Assembly (NCBI GenBank): GCA_965242925.1
Contig: CBDEUM010000034.1
Coordinates: forward strand, 224,001 to 288,000
From: Roseibacillus sp.
GTDB lineage: Bacteria; Verrucomicrobiota; Verrucomicrobiia; Verrucomicrobiales; Akkermansiaceae
DNA length: 64,000 nucleotides
Direction: 5' to 3'
The stretch's first letter is position 1. Every line of letters starts with the position of its first letter. A program made the position numbers and the translations under genes. The notes beneath the pieces are model-generated. The model was not told the origin of the DNA. It ran no database searches and saw only the letters and a list, made by a program, of their open reading frames with translations. Shown piece by piece: positions 1-9,964 of this stretch.

Positions 1-1532
1 CTGATCCATACCACGATCCAGGAGGCATTGCCCTTTCCGGCCGTGGCCTTCAGGAGGTAGGCTCCCGCCCTGCTCACCGGCATTTCGAGTTCGGTCCGCG
101 TGTCCCAGTGATTCTTCCGCGGTTCCAGGACCACCTTCCAGTCCTTCACTTTCTCACCCAGATATTTCTCCTGGTTGCCATTCACCAGACGATTGCCGAT
201 CTGCGCCACATTCACCGTAGGATGATCGATCTGGCGGGGGTTGTTCTCCAGGTGCTTGTAAAGATCTTCAATCACCAGATCGATCCGGAGCTCATGCAGT
301 GAAAGGCTGACGTTCCTGGCGTTGCGATAAATGAAATCAACCTTCGGCTTTTGACCTGCCTGCGCCATCGGAGCGGAAACAAAACGCCCCCAGTCCCCCT
401 CGATCTGGTCGAGCAATTTCTTCCGGTGGCTGTTATTTCCCCGGCCGTGAGTTTCAACCAGTCTCTTTAGCTCCGTGCCCGCACTCACATACTGCCGCCG
501 ATTCAAAAGAATCTGCACCAGAAGATCGCCAAGCGAGTCGTTGGACATCTTCCCAGTCGAAAGCCGGCGCAGGAGTGGAATGAACTGGTAATCCTCCGGA
601 AGCTCGAAGCGTTGCACCCCACTGGCCAGTTTCGCAATCGTCTCGTTCTCCTTCAGGGTATGGACCTGCAGAATTCCCTTCGCCTCATCGGGGTCCTGTT
701 GCCCCCACCATCCAAAACCAGCCAGGGTGGTCACCCCGTAATGTTGAACAAGGAACCGGGCCCATTGATCCTCCACCCGGGGTCTTCTGGCAGGGTTCAG
801 ACGTACCGCTTCGCTGATCACCCACCGCCACCTCTCACCATCGTTGCGGGCGGCCTCCCAGGATTCAGGAACTCCGATCACCAGCATATTGCCATCGGCA
901 TCAACCGGGGCCCCTCCTCCGCTCGAAAGGCGTTGCTCGCTTCCGAAATCAGGAAGCTCATCCAGAACGGTCAGCACGCCCAGGGCCCAGACTCTCTGCG
1001 ATCCAGTGCGACCGCTGGAAAGATAAACAGCAAGTTCGGAGTGCATCTCGCTGAGCACTCCCCCATCACCTGCTCCCGCCTTCTCGATGGCCTGCAGGAC
1101 CAATTGAATGGCCCGCACCCGGTCCCGGCCGCTGCAAGTCACATAACGTCCGCCTCCCCGGCGGTGTCCACGATGAAATTCCCCGTCCAGGAGGAACCCC
1201 GAATGCTGCAAATGGTGATAGCTCTCCGCCACCTCCCTTAAAAGAGCCCAGTTCTCCGGATGCCGTCGCAGAGCCCCTTCCAGCAAGTCATCCGCAAGGC
1301 TGATCTGCCGCAGGTTGCCAAGGTCCTGGAGGGCATTCTCGAGATCTTTCCAGCTCATCCCGTCATCAACCCTCTCCAGCAGTTCCCGGTCAATTTTCAG
1401 AGCGTCCTTCCAATTCCCCTGGTTCCTGAGCTTGTTCGCTTTATCCCGACTGGTCTCGGCGGAATATGAGTTCTCGGCAGCAAGCCCCCCTGCGGTGAGC
1501 AACAGGGTGATGAAGAGGAAGTAGAGTTTCAT
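1..1532 (-). CDS. Large secreted protein, probable alpha-2-macroglobulin (MG2) family, N-terminal part; runs off the window edge
   Basis: Absent from the ORF track because its stop is outside the window. Hand translation from ATG at 1532 gives an open frame to base 1: signal peptide MKLYFLFITLLLTAGGLAA, then ...DRVRAIQL...WEAARNDGERWRW...GAYLLKA..., resembling PVC-type macroglobulin N-termini (recalled, not searched). Confidence 0.65.
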   Translation of the reverse strand, partial: MKLYFLFITLLLTAGGLAAENSYSAETSRDKANKLRNQGNWKDALKIDRELLERVDDGMSWKDLENALQDLGNLRQISLADDLLEGALRRHPENWALLREVAESYHHLQHSGFLLDGEFHRGHRRGGGRYVTCSGRDRVRAIQLVLQAIEKAGAGDGGVLSEMHSELAVYLSSGRTGSQRVWALGVLTVLDELPDFGSEQRLSSGGGAPVDADGNMLVIGVPESWEAARNDGERWRWVISEAVRLNPARRPRVEDQWARFLVQHYGVTTLAGFGWWGQQDPDEAKGILQVHTLKENETIAKLASGVQRFELPEDYQFIPLLRRLSTGKMSNDSLGDLLVQILLNRRQYVSAGTELKRLVETHGRGNNSHRKKLLDQIEGDWGRFVSAPMAQAGQKPKVDFIYRNARNVSLSLHELRIDLVIEDLYKHLENNPRQIDHPTVNVAQIGNRLVNGNQEKYLGEKVKDWKVVLEPRKNHWDTRTELEMPVSRAGAYLLKATAGKGNASWIVVWI

Positions 1533-1617
1533 GGAGATCGATGTTTTCCTGGGGGCCGTCGCCCCGCACCCTCGGACCGAAGGGGAGGCATAAGGACTAG
1601 ACCCCCGGGGAGGGAAC

Positions 1618-1666
1618 ATATTAGCAGAAAACTAAGGATCAGATCCCGATTTTACGAATTCTTTAC
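1618..1666 (-). promoter_or_regulatory. Putative promoter of the macroglobulin gene: extended -10 (TGcTAATAT) plus upstream direct repeat GTAAA-N6-GTAAA
   Basis: Minus strand reads GTAAAGAATTCGTAAA (1666-1651) and TGCTAATAT (1626-1618). Confidence 0.4.
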
Positions 1667-2001
1667 CTCTCGTCCTCTCTCTCCTCAAAATCGATCACCC
1701 GTCCTCGCTTTCTGGCTAACCGGAACCTCCCCCCCTTCCGCTCTCTCAGGGGTTGAAAAACCGCATCCGCTCCACTCTGCTTGATCTCAAACACAGTCGC
1801 AAGAAGCTCGCCGAGTCGCCCCTTGGGAAACCCACGCTCCGCAAACCAGGCCAGATACTCGGAAGGAAGATCAATGATGGGCACTCCCCGGGGTGGATAC
1901 TCATCCGGACCGTACTTCCCGAAGGGCATATTGGCCTTCCCGATTTCCTCCATCAGATTCCGCAGATCGTCACGATCAATATCGGTGAACTCCACCACCA
2001 C
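1663..2001 (-). CDS. DUF3820 family small protein
   Basis: MPFGKY...IIDLPSEYLAWF...GFPKGRLGELL motif. Confidence 0.8.
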   Translation of the reverse strand: MVVEFTDIDRDDLRNLMEEIGKANMPFGKYGPDEYPPRGVPIIDLPSEYLAWFAERGFPKGRLGELLATVFEIKQSGADAVFQPLRERKGGRFRLARKRGRVIDFEEREDER

Positions 2002-2039
2002 ATGAGACCATAGGCATCCGGCAGGTCAAGAAGCCGCGG

Positions 2040-3107
2040 TCAAAGCTTCAGTTTCAGTTGCGCCTTGCTCTCCAGATCCGTGAAACGAACTCCCACCCCT
2101 ATCAACCGCACGGCCCGGCCATTACCACGCCCCCATGCCTCGGCCAGCAATTCCCGGTATCTCTCGGCATCCATGACCTGATCAATTCGCCCTCCAAGCT
2201 CAACCGGGTCGGGCGCCCGCTCGGCTGTGGTCGTGGTGAAATCAGAGAACTTCAACTTCACCACCAGTGATTTGATCACTCTGTCCGGGTGCTCTGAGAA
2301 GACCGTGGCCGCGACCCCTGTGCGCAACTCCTCCATGATTCCGACCAGGGGAGGAAAGTCCCCGATGTCCTCCCGCAGCGTGGTCTCGCTGCTCACGGAC
2401 TTGCGGACGCGATTGGGCTTGACCGCACGCTGGTCACTGCCGCGACAAAGCTCGTAAAGCTCCATCCCCCAGTTCCCGAATCGCTCGGCCAGTTCCAACT
2501 TGCTGATTCGCTGCAGATCACCGCAGGTAAGAACCTCGATCGCAGCCAGCTTATCCTCCATTTTACGGCCTACTCCATACAGCCTTTTTACTGGCAGGTG
2601 TTCCAGAAACTCCTCGATCTCCCCCGGTTTGATCTCAAACTGCCCGTCTGGCTTGTTCCAGTCGCTCGCGATCTTGGCCAACAGCTTGTTTGGCGCGATC
2701 CCGGCAGAGGCGGTAAGACCCGTTTCTTTTTCAATCTGTGATCGGATCCGCGACGCCACCTGGGCCCCCTCTTCTCTGTGGTCCGTGATATCCAGATAGG
2801 CCTCATCTAAAGAGAGCGGTTCCACCAGCTCCGTGAACCGATGAAAAATGTTCCTCACCTTTTTTGACTCGGCACCATACGTTTCAAACCGGGTGGGCCG
2901 GACAATCAGGTCCGGACAGAGTTGCAGAGCCTTGTAGGTGGGCATGGCCGAACGACATCCGAACCTGCGGGCCTCGTAGTTGGCTGTGGTGAGCACCCCC
3001 CTCCGCAATCCGCCCACTGCCACCGGTTTTCCCTTCAGGGAGGGATCATCCCGCACCTCAATGGCCGCGTAAAAGCAGTCCATGTCCACGTGCAGGATCT
3101 TCCGCAT
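2040..3107 (-). CDS. dinB: DNA polymerase IV (Y-family)
   Basis: ILHVDMDCFYAAIE, ANYEARRFG, SLDEAYLD, NKLLAKIASD, VRLIGVG. Confidence 0.96.
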   Translation of the reverse strand: MRKILHVDMDCFYAAIEVRDDPSLKGKPVAVGGLRRGVLTTANYEARRFGCRSAMPTYKALQLCPDLIVRPTRFETYGAESKKVRNIFHRFTELVEPLSLDEAYLDITDHREEGAQVASRIRSQIEKETGLTASAGIAPNKLLAKIASDWNKPDGQFEIKPGEIEEFLEHLPVKRLYGVGRKMEDKLAAIEVLTCGDLQRISKLELAERFGNWGMELYELCRGSDQRAVKPNRVRKSVSSETTLREDIGDFPPLVGIMEELRTGVAATVFSEHPDRVIKSLVVKLKFSDFTTTTAERAPDPVELGGRIDQVMDAERYRELLAEAWGRGNGRAVRLIGVGVRFTDLESKAQLKLKL

Positions 3108-3242
3108 CAAGCATCAAAATAGCGCAAACCCTCCCAAGCTCAATCCTATCGGCCTGTCTGCCCCTCCATCCCGAAAAAAGGGTCTGGAATCGGCCCGCTT
3201 CCCCTCCCTTCAAGGAGACAAAAGAGATATCAGGGCCCAGGC

Positions 3243-5354
3243 TCACCCCACCGCTGGCAATTCCAGGACAAAGCAGGCTCCCTCCGCCTCCCTCTCCCCC
3301 AGAGTGAGGTCCCCTCCAAGTTCACGCGCCAGACGTTTACAAAGGGCGAGTCCCAACCCAACCCCGGGCTTGGAGTGGGCCGCATCCCGTGCCGACTTAT
3401 GGAACGGCCGGAAGAGCTTCTTCTCGTCAGCACGGTCAATGCCGCTACCCCCGTCACAGATCTCGATCCGGGCCGACCGCCCGCCCTTCGAAGCCCGCAG
3501 GCGGACCACCCGTGCTCCCTCTTCCGGTAACCCGTATTTGCAGGCGTTGTCGACCAGGTTGAAGACAATCTGCTCCACCGCGGTCAGATCGGTATCAATC
3601 TGCGCCTCCTCCCCCTGGGTCAAGACCACTTCCAATTCAGCTCCATCTTTGCGGACCCGTTCGTTCAAACGCGGGAGCATCCGGTCAACCAGTCCCTGCA
3701 GGGTGATCTTCTGGTGCTCAGTCCGTGCACTGCCGCGTTCCACCCTGGAATAGGAAAGCACGTTCTCAACGAGGTGATTCAGGCGTTCTGCCTCCCGACG
3801 CATGGTCGTAAGATACTCCTTCTGCCTGCTCTCCTCCTTGACCATGCCCTCCGCCAGCATATCGGAATAGAGATGGAAGGTGGTCAACGGCGTGCGTAAT
3901 TCATGGGTGACTGAGGACACGAAGGTTGCTCTCCGTTCGCTCAGTTTCAGCACTCCCCCCATCAGAGCCGCCGAAGCGAGAAGCGCCAACAGCAGAGTCA
4001 CCCAGCCTGCCATCAGCGAAATGCGCAGAGCTGACCACCCGATCCCGGCCATCACAGGATCCTCACCGGCCCGCAGGCGCCAGGGCAGAGTCACCAGGGA
4101 AAGGGGATCATTGGACAATTCGTCCAGCCTCGGATCAAACACCCCCGCAGGTGATGATGCGGAAATCTCGAGGAGGGGCTCAAGGCCGGCCCCCGGCAGC
4201 AGGTGCTCGATCACTCCGAGGAGGTGATCTGCCAGAACCTCCGCCTTGAGCCAGACCCCCTGGTGGCGCAACGACCCTGCCACCGCAACCTCCCGCACGA
4301 TGAAGAGATCCTCCCCCAGCCAGATTGGATGGAAAGGGGTTATCTCCGAGGGCAATTCCACCAGTCTGCTCACGTCCCCGACTTGATCTGATTCCCCTTC
4401 GAGCGCTGCACTCTCCCTCTGCCCTGCCGCGATCGGCCCTGTTCTTCGGACAACCTTCCGACGTTCCTCCTGCTGTGGGTCGGCCACCCCCCCGGATTCC
4501 GATTGCTCCACATCCTGTTCAAGCTCGCCCCCCCGTAGAGAGGCGGAGGGAGCCTGAACAGACTGGGGCAGGAAGTTCTGGAGGGCCTGCGGTTTGGGCA
4601 CCGCTCGCTGAGAGGTATCCTGATAGAGTTCCGCGCGCTTCTTCTTCTCAATCAGGGCGAGATCTTTCGGGTATTGTTGATTTCTGCTCACCTCATTGTT
4701 TGCCCGCGCCTGCGCCACCTCCTGCTCTTTCTGCCGCACCGTGAAAGGATCCGGGATATTCCACGCCCAGTTCCGGCTCACCAGGGCCTCATCAACCCGG
4801 GCGCACACCCGGCAGAGCAGGTCGAGTTTCGTTCCTCCATTGGCGAGGCTCGACTTGCTCGGTTGTGCCAGCAGATCCTGCAGGGTCCCCAGTTCCCTTT
4901 TATTGCCATCCAGATAGTCCCGCTGGACTCCATTCTGTTCCGCATAATCCCACTCATTGCCAACTGGCACCTGCGGCGAAGTCACCTCCCCCGTAACGGC
5001 ATCGATCTCAAAATGCAGACGCACGAATTCCGGCAACTCAGGCAGGAGTGGGGAGGGCTGGAAAACGAACCCCTTGCCCACCACCTGGAACTGATTCGTA
5101 AGCACGTCCTCAGGCTCAAAGAAGGCCTCGTAATGATGAAGCGGTCGCTGGTTTTCGAGAATGAGGAATCCTGAGGCGGCCGCATCCATCCGCGACAGGC
5201 TCATGCGAATCCGCTCCTCCAGTTCGATCCCTGATTCAGCAAGGGCCTGTTTGCGCTCCAGCTGGATCGCCTTATTGGTCGACCATGCCATCGCTCCGAC
5301 GATGAGGAGAGCGCAGGCTCCCAGGACACTCCATATGATCCAGGGACGATTCAT
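3243..5354 (-). CDS. Membrane sensor histidine kinase with large periplasmic domain
   Basis: Two TM segments, H-box VTHELRTPL, N-box NLVDNACKYG, DGGSG and GVGLGL. Start placed at MNRPW (5354), overlapping the regulator stop (TGATG). Confidence 0.92.
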   Translation of the reverse strand: MNRPWIIWSVLGACALLIVGAMAWSTNKAIQLERKQALAESGIELEERIRMSLSRMDAAASGFLILENQRPLHHYEAFFEPEDVLTNQFQVVGKGFVFQPSPLLPELPEFVRLHFEIDAVTGEVTSPQVPVGNEWDYAEQNGVQRDYLDGNKRELGTLQDLLAQPSKSSLANGGTKLDLLCRVCARVDEALVSRNWAWNIPDPFTVRQKEQEVAQARANNEVSRNQQYPKDLALIEKKKRAELYQDTSQRAVPKPQALQNFLPQSVQAPSASLRGGELEQDVEQSESGGVADPQQEERRKVVRRTGPIAAGQRESAALEGESDQVGDVSRLVELPSEITPFHPIWLGEDLFIVREVAVAGSLRHQGVWLKAEVLADHLLGVIEHLLPGAGLEPLLEISASSPAGVFDPRLDELSNDPLSLVTLPWRLRAGEDPVMAGIGWSALRISLMAGWVTLLLALLASAALMGGVLKLSERRATFVSSVTHELRTPLTTFHLYSDMLAEGMVKEESRQKEYLTTMRREAERLNHLVENVLSYSRVERGSARTEHQKITLQGLVDRMLPRLNERVRKDGAELEVVLTQGEEAQIDTDLTAVEQIVFNLVDNACKYGLPEEGARVVRLRASKGGRSARIEICDGGSGIDRADEKKLFRPFHKSARDAAHSKPGVGLGLALCKRLARELGGDLTLGEREAEGACFVLELPAVG

Positions 5355-6034
5355 CAGCTGCCAATCATATACCCTTTTCCTCGCACCGTGACCACTGCAT
5401 TCTGGCAACGTAGCTTCTGCCGCAGGTGGGCGACATGCATGTCAACCGTCCGAGTCTCGATATTCTTGGGATCCAGCCCCCAGACCTGACGCAGGAGCTC
5501 ATCACGCGGAACCGCGCGGCCACTCTGGGCCACCAGGTAACGAAGAAGCTCGGATTCTCTCTCGGAAAGTTCCTCCCGATCTCCATCCTCAAAGCGGATC
5601 TCCCGCCGTGCGAAGTCGACCTCTCCACCGTTTATCTGGTGAGTTTCCACTACCGAAGGACGTTCGGTGCTCCGCCTCAGCACGGCATCGACCCGGGCGA
5701 GAAGTTCCCTCACGCTGAAGGGCTTAACGATATAGTCGTCTGCTCCCATCTTCAATCCCCGCACCCGGTCGTTTTCCTCTCCCCGGGCTGAAAGGATGAT
5801 GACCGGTTGCCCGGGACGTTCCTTCTTGATGGCTTCCAGTATTTCAAAACCACTGTATCCCGGCAGGACGAGGTCCAGGAGAAGAAGCTGGTAAGTCGCC
5901 CGCAACGCCGTGTCGCGTCCCGCCTTTCCATCCGCTTCCGAGAGAACCTCGTAGCCCGAGAACGTCAGGGCATCCACTACGCCCTGCCGTACCGCGGCAT
6001 CATCTTCCACCACCAAAATCGTCGGAGCATCCAT
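5354..6034 (-). CDS. OmpR/PhoB-family response regulator
   Basis: ILVVEDD, LLDLVLPG, GADDYIVKPF, winged helix RTVDMHVAHLRQKL, TVRGKGY. Confidence 0.95.
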   Translation of the reverse strand: MDAPTILVVEDDAAVRQGVVDALTFSGYEVLSEADGKAGRDTALRATYQLLLLDLVLPGYSGFEILEAIKKERPGQPVIILSARGEENDRVRGLKMGADDYIVKPFSVRELLARVDAVLRRSTERPSVVETHQINGGEVDFARREIRFEDGDREELSERESELLRYLVAQSGRAVPRDELLRQVWGLDPKNIETRTVDMHVAHLRQKLRCQNAVVTVRGKGYMIGS

Positions 6035-6104
6035 GGTTCAAAAATCCTGTTTGAAGGGTAGCGGAGCCGAAGACCTTCCGCAGTCTAAATACCGGGACAA
6101 CTTC

Positions 6105-6135
6105 GGCGCCGTGGCAGCAGGACCGCCACGGCGCC
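6105..6135. other. GC-rich stem-loop between the vWA gene and the response regulator
   Basis: GGCGCCGTGGC / GCCACGGCGCC perfect 11-bp inverted repeat. The T-run is on the + strand, so it is not a clear terminator for the minus-strand operon. Confidence 0.5.
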
Positions 6136-6152
6136 TTTTCTCCGCAGAATAA

Positions 6153-7355
6153 CTATTCCTTTTCAAAGGCGTATCCCTTCGCCTCCGCCTGTTGACGCAC
6201 GGTCTGCACTACCACGGCATTCAGGGTGTCTTCCCCGTCTTCACCCATCTCCTTCAACTTGGCCTTGACGAATTCGCCGCGCGACTTGGTCAGTTCCGTA
6301 ATCTTCTTCTGACACTTCTGCCGTTCCTCTCTCTTCGTAGCGATATGCGCCTTCCGCTGAGCGAGAGTCATCTTCTTCATCTGCTCGGGCAAATCCTCTT
6401 CCTTTATCTTGCTCCAGTCGAAGTCCTTCGCCTTGCAGGCATCAACCCAGTCCCAGTTACCATTCCAGTAATTGGCACTGGCCTTTGTCTGGGCCCGAGA
6501 CTGGATTGCATTACCCTTGGCTCCCTCTGCCAGTTCATCCTGGGCCTGCTGGATCTCAATCCTCCTCTCCCCAATCTGACCGATCGGCACGTAGGTTCCA
6601 TTCAGGCGGGTGTTCCATTTCAGGATCTCCTTGTCCTGCGGAGCGTCCACATGCACGACCGCCTTGTTGTGATCAATCACCAGGTATTTGCCGTCAGCCA
6701 GGAGAGGCCCGGCCTTCCAGCCGGTATTAATTCCGACCTGTTCCGCACCACAATGAATCGAGTTAACAATGACTCCATTTCCGATCGCTTCCCTGCAGGA
6801 GGAGGCTGGGTCAACAGGTCCCTGGTTAAAAGGCTCGTTGCCCGCCACGAAGATGGCCTTGTAGGTGTTCGGCGAGGTGTCCCACTTGAGGTCTCCCACC
6901 GCACGCTTGATGACCGCTCCGCAGAACTCCGAACCACCATTGGTCCGCAAGGCAAAGAGTTCCTCACTGATCTTGTCAAGATCCCGGGTAAGGGGCTGGA
7001 TTTGCCGGATCCAGTGGTTCTCCGCATTCAGCCCATCGTTTCCATACTCATAGAGCGCCACCTCCACGAAGGGAACCTTCCCGTTCTGCTTGGCCTGGAT
7101 AAAGGTATTGACGATACTCCAGAGCTGGGTCTTAGCCTGTTCAATCAGTCCACTCATGCTTCCACTCGTATCCAGCAGAATAGCCAGCTGCACCTTGGCC
7201 TGATTCTTGTCCGATTTCGGCGCCTCGACCTTAGCCTTTCTTTTATTCTCCCCCTTGAGCTTGACCTCACGCGCATCTCCGGAAGGAGGATTCGCCAGGG
7301 TAAGTGTTACGCCGACCAGGAGGCCGACACTGCAGATAAGTGATTTCAGTTTCAT
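6153..7355 (-). CDS. Secreted von Willebrand factor A domain protein
   Basis: Signal peptide, MIDAS motif LLDTSGSM, helical C-terminus. Confidence 0.85.
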   Translation of the reverse strand: MKLKSLICSVGLLVGVTLTLANPPSGDAREVKLKGENKRKAKVEAPKSDKNQAKVQLAILLDTSGSMSGLIEQAKTQLWSIVNTFIQAKQNGKVPFVEVALYEYGNDGLNAENHWIRQIQPLTRDLDKISEELFALRTNGGSEFCGAVIKRAVGDLKWDTSPNTYKAIFVAGNEPFNQGPVDPASSCREAIGNGVIVNSIHCGAEQVGINTGWKAGPLLADGKYLVIDHNKAVVHVDAPQDKEILKWNTRLNGTYVPIGQIGERRIEIQQAQDELAEGAKGNAIQSRAQTKASANYWNGNWDWVDACKAKDFDWSKIKEEDLPEQMKKMTLAQRKAHIATKREERQKCQKKITELTKSRGEFVKAKLKEMGEDGEDTLNAVVVQTVRQQAEAKGYAFEKE

Positions 7356-7455
7356 TGTATTGGTTTCGTTTGTGGTTAAAGTTTGGCCGTAGCGGCAGAG
7401 ACCGGGTTCGGCGCGATCATCTCATTCTCAAGTCTTCGTTGGCATTGATTGACTT

Positions 7456-9705
7456 CTACCTCACGCGATAGCGGGTGCCATCGACCACTAGTTCCAGACT
7501 GCCCCCGAGGGCGAGACAGCTCTGGCGCTGTTTGGCTACCAGTTTGTCGACGACACCCTTAAATTCGGCGCTGTCCACCGTGATCTCCCTGACCGGAAGA
7601 GCCGCTCCTCCTTTTTCAGCAAGAGTCAGACTCGCATCCACCCACTCATTGCCTCGCTTGAAAAAAGCCATATCCGAGAACTGCGCAACATTCGCCACCT
7701 GCTCCACTTCCAGCTCTCCATTCACATATTCGTTGGAAGGATTCAGCGTTCCTCTCTGCTTCTGGTTCCAGAGATTCAGATCCTGGTTCACACTGAGCTT
7801 GCCACTCCGGGTCTTGAGCGCTCGCTGGTCAAAGTTGCCGGCAGCCAAGGCAGCACGGCGCTCCTCGGGACGAAATACCTCTCCTTCCAGGGCGAGGAAA
7901 GCGGTGTATTCACTGAGAATCCCGTGCTCGGTCGAGAGACGAACAATCTCATTCACCAGTTCCTTCACCCGCGGATCGTTACGATCCACGTTGTCACCCG
8001 TAAGGCCGTTCAGGGCTGAATCCGCGCCCAGATCCCGCAGAGCCTCGGTTAGGACCGCGATCTTGCGCATGGCCCACAGGCGGGGCACGAAGGGATTTCG
8101 TTTTTCTCCCGGCCGGAAGGCGAAGGTGAATTTTCTTCTCCTCTCTCCATCGTCACCGGTCAGTCGGAACTCCAATGGCTCACTACCTCGATAGCGTCCC
8201 GTGACGATGATCTGGTCGCTGGAGAAAAAGTCCGGCAACTGGTGAGGCACCAGGTCGTCAATACGGTGGGGCACGGGCTCGCCGTCTCTGGTGACGACCT
8301 TCAATCGAGGAACACTCAGTACTGGTCCGGACAGGCGCCGGAAAACGGAAGCCACCTTCACCTCCACCTTCTCCTTTGGAAGGACGTAGGTTGCGGTGGC
8401 CCGGCTGTCATCAGCCAGTCGCGAGAGCAGCGGCGTATTCACGTCCACACCCACGCCAAAGGTGAAGATCCGGCGACGATTCCTGTTTGAATCCCGGACC
8501 TTCTCCCGGATTCTCTTTTCGGAGGTCTCTCCGATGGTCGGCAACCCATCGGTTAGAAAGAGCACGATCGGCACGATCCCCTTGCGCACCGGCTGGGCAA
8601 TCGCCTCCTGGAGGGCTCCATGGATATTCGTCCCTCCGCTCACCCGGATGGCCTCGATAAATTTCCGGGCCCGCATGAGATTGTCCCGGTTGACAATCAC
8701 CGGCTTCTCCGCAAAAGGCTCCACCGCCTCGTTGTAGATGATCAGATTGAAGAACTCCCCCTCCTCCAGGCCCTCCACCACCTGGGCAGCGGCGGCCCGG
8801 GCCTGATCCATCTTCTCCCCTGCCATACTTCCCGAACGATCGATCACAACCGTCACTTCCCGCTTCAGAGCGGGTGCGCTCTCATCGCGCTCCGGGGGCA
8901 CAATCAGAAGCAGGAAATGCCCTCCATCCCGACCTTCCTCCGGGTGCGTCAGAAAGGACGCCACTGCTCCCTTCTTTTTCCTGCGCAGGACCGAAAGACG
9001 GAAGGGACCGGGTGCGATCCTGCCGCCCAACTTCGCCCGGAAACCTTTCGCGATCCTGGCCGGAGAGATCTCGTGGGTCGGCGAATACGCGGTAGCGATT
9101 CCACCCTTCAACGCCCATTTTACATCGATATTCCACTTCACCCGATAGTCCGGTGACTCCGAGCGCAGGAGAACGTAGTCGAGGCGGTCCATGTCGGCGG
9201 GCACCAATTCCTCATAAGTGAGACGCAGCTTGCATTCGCTGCGGGCCGGGATCGGGAACACGCTGGAATCCACCGCACCATGTCCCGCGAACTCAAGGAT
9301 GGCGGGATCCTTCGACTGCGCAACGATCCGGTCGTAGATCCTGCGGGCCTCATCCTTCGGAAGAACCCTGGCCTTGAACTCCCTGTTAGCCCCCTCCATG
9401 GCAAAGGACTTCAGGGCTGCTCCTATCGGAACCGGCAGCAACACCTGCCCTTCCTGCTGCTGACCGGCAGGGTTGAAGAATGTGATCGTCAGGGTCGTCC
9501 GGGCGATTTGATTCTCGATTCTGACCGTCGCATCAATGGCGCGCACCTCCACCGGACTCAGCGGTCGGGGCATGGGTCGCACGTGGGGCATCCAGTGATG
9601 ATGACCGTGGCGATGGGATGCTCCCTGCCCTGGAGCCTTGGGCACCCAGATCATGCTCCCACCGCCCACTAGCGCTGCATTCCGTAGAAATGTTGATCGT
9701 CTCAT
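7456..9705 (-). CDS. Tat-exported VIT + vWA domain protein (inter-alpha-trypsin inhibitor heavy chain-like)
   Basis: MRRSTFLR twin-arginine signal, VIT motif EARRIYDRIV...DPAILE, MIDAS IDRSGSM, GGTNI, FLTDG, FTFGVG, SEYTAFL. Confidence 0.9.
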   Translation of the reverse strand: MRRSTFLRNAALVGGGSMIWVPKAPGQGASHRHGHHHWMPHVRPMPRPLSPVEVRAIDATVRIENQIARTTLTITFFNPAGQQQEGQVLLPVPIGAALKSFAMEGANREFKARVLPKDEARRIYDRIVAQSKDPAILEFAGHGAVDSSVFPIPARSECKLRLTYEELVPADMDRLDYVLLRSESPDYRVKWNIDVKWALKGGIATAYSPTHEISPARIAKGFRAKLGGRIAPGPFRLSVLRRKKKGAVASFLTHPEEGRDGGHFLLLIVPPERDESAPALKREVTVVIDRSGSMAGEKMDQARAAAAQVVEGLEEGEFFNLIIYNEAVEPFAEKPVIVNRDNLMRARKFIEAIRVSGGTNIHGALQEAIAQPVRKGIVPIVLFLTDGLPTIGETSEKRIREKVRDSNRNRRRIFTFGVGVDVNTPLLSRLADDSRATATYVLPKEKVEVKVASVFRRLSGPVLSVPRLKVVTRDGEPVPHRIDDLVPHQLPDFFSSDQIIVTGRYRGSEPLEFRLTGDDGERRRKFTFAFRPGEKRNPFVPRLWAMRKIAVLTEALRDLGADSALNGLTGDNVDRNDPRVKELVNEIVRLSTEHGILSEYTAFLALEGEVFRPEERRAALAAGNFDQRALKTRSGKLSVNQDLNLWNQKQRGTLNPSNEYVNGELEVEQVANVAQFSDMAFFKRGNEWVDASLTLAEKGGAALPVREITVDSAEFKGVVDKLVAKQRQSCLALGGSLELVVDGTRYRVR

Positions 9706-9735
9706 AAAGGGCAGATATCTCGTTTGGCTGCCTCT

Positions 9736-9779
9736 AGAATAGCCCCTTTCCCGCAACGATCTGTAAAGTGATCGTAAAG
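9736..9779 (-). promoter_or_regulatory. Putative promoter of the VIT-vWA operon with 11-bp-period direct repeat (candidate OmpR-family box)
   Basis: GTAAAG at 9763-9768 and 9774-9779 (+ strand); -10-like TATTCT on the minus strand at 9741-9736. Confidence 0.45.
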
Positions 9780-9964
9780 GTGACTACTCTACAACCCATC
9801 TCGGTTACACCGTCTCACCGCCCTCTTCCAGTCCCTCAGGGACCCCGGCTATGTTCTGCCCCTGCAGAACCGTTTCACCCAGTCGGCAGAAGCGGGTGAA
9901 ATCCACCTCCCATACCTGGGTTGCCGCATAAGCTGCAACCACGCACCACCTGCTTCCCGTCAGC

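Noticed and set aside
612..1241. 209-aa ORF on the + strand
   Set aside because: Antisense to the macroglobulin-like frame that runs off the window edge.
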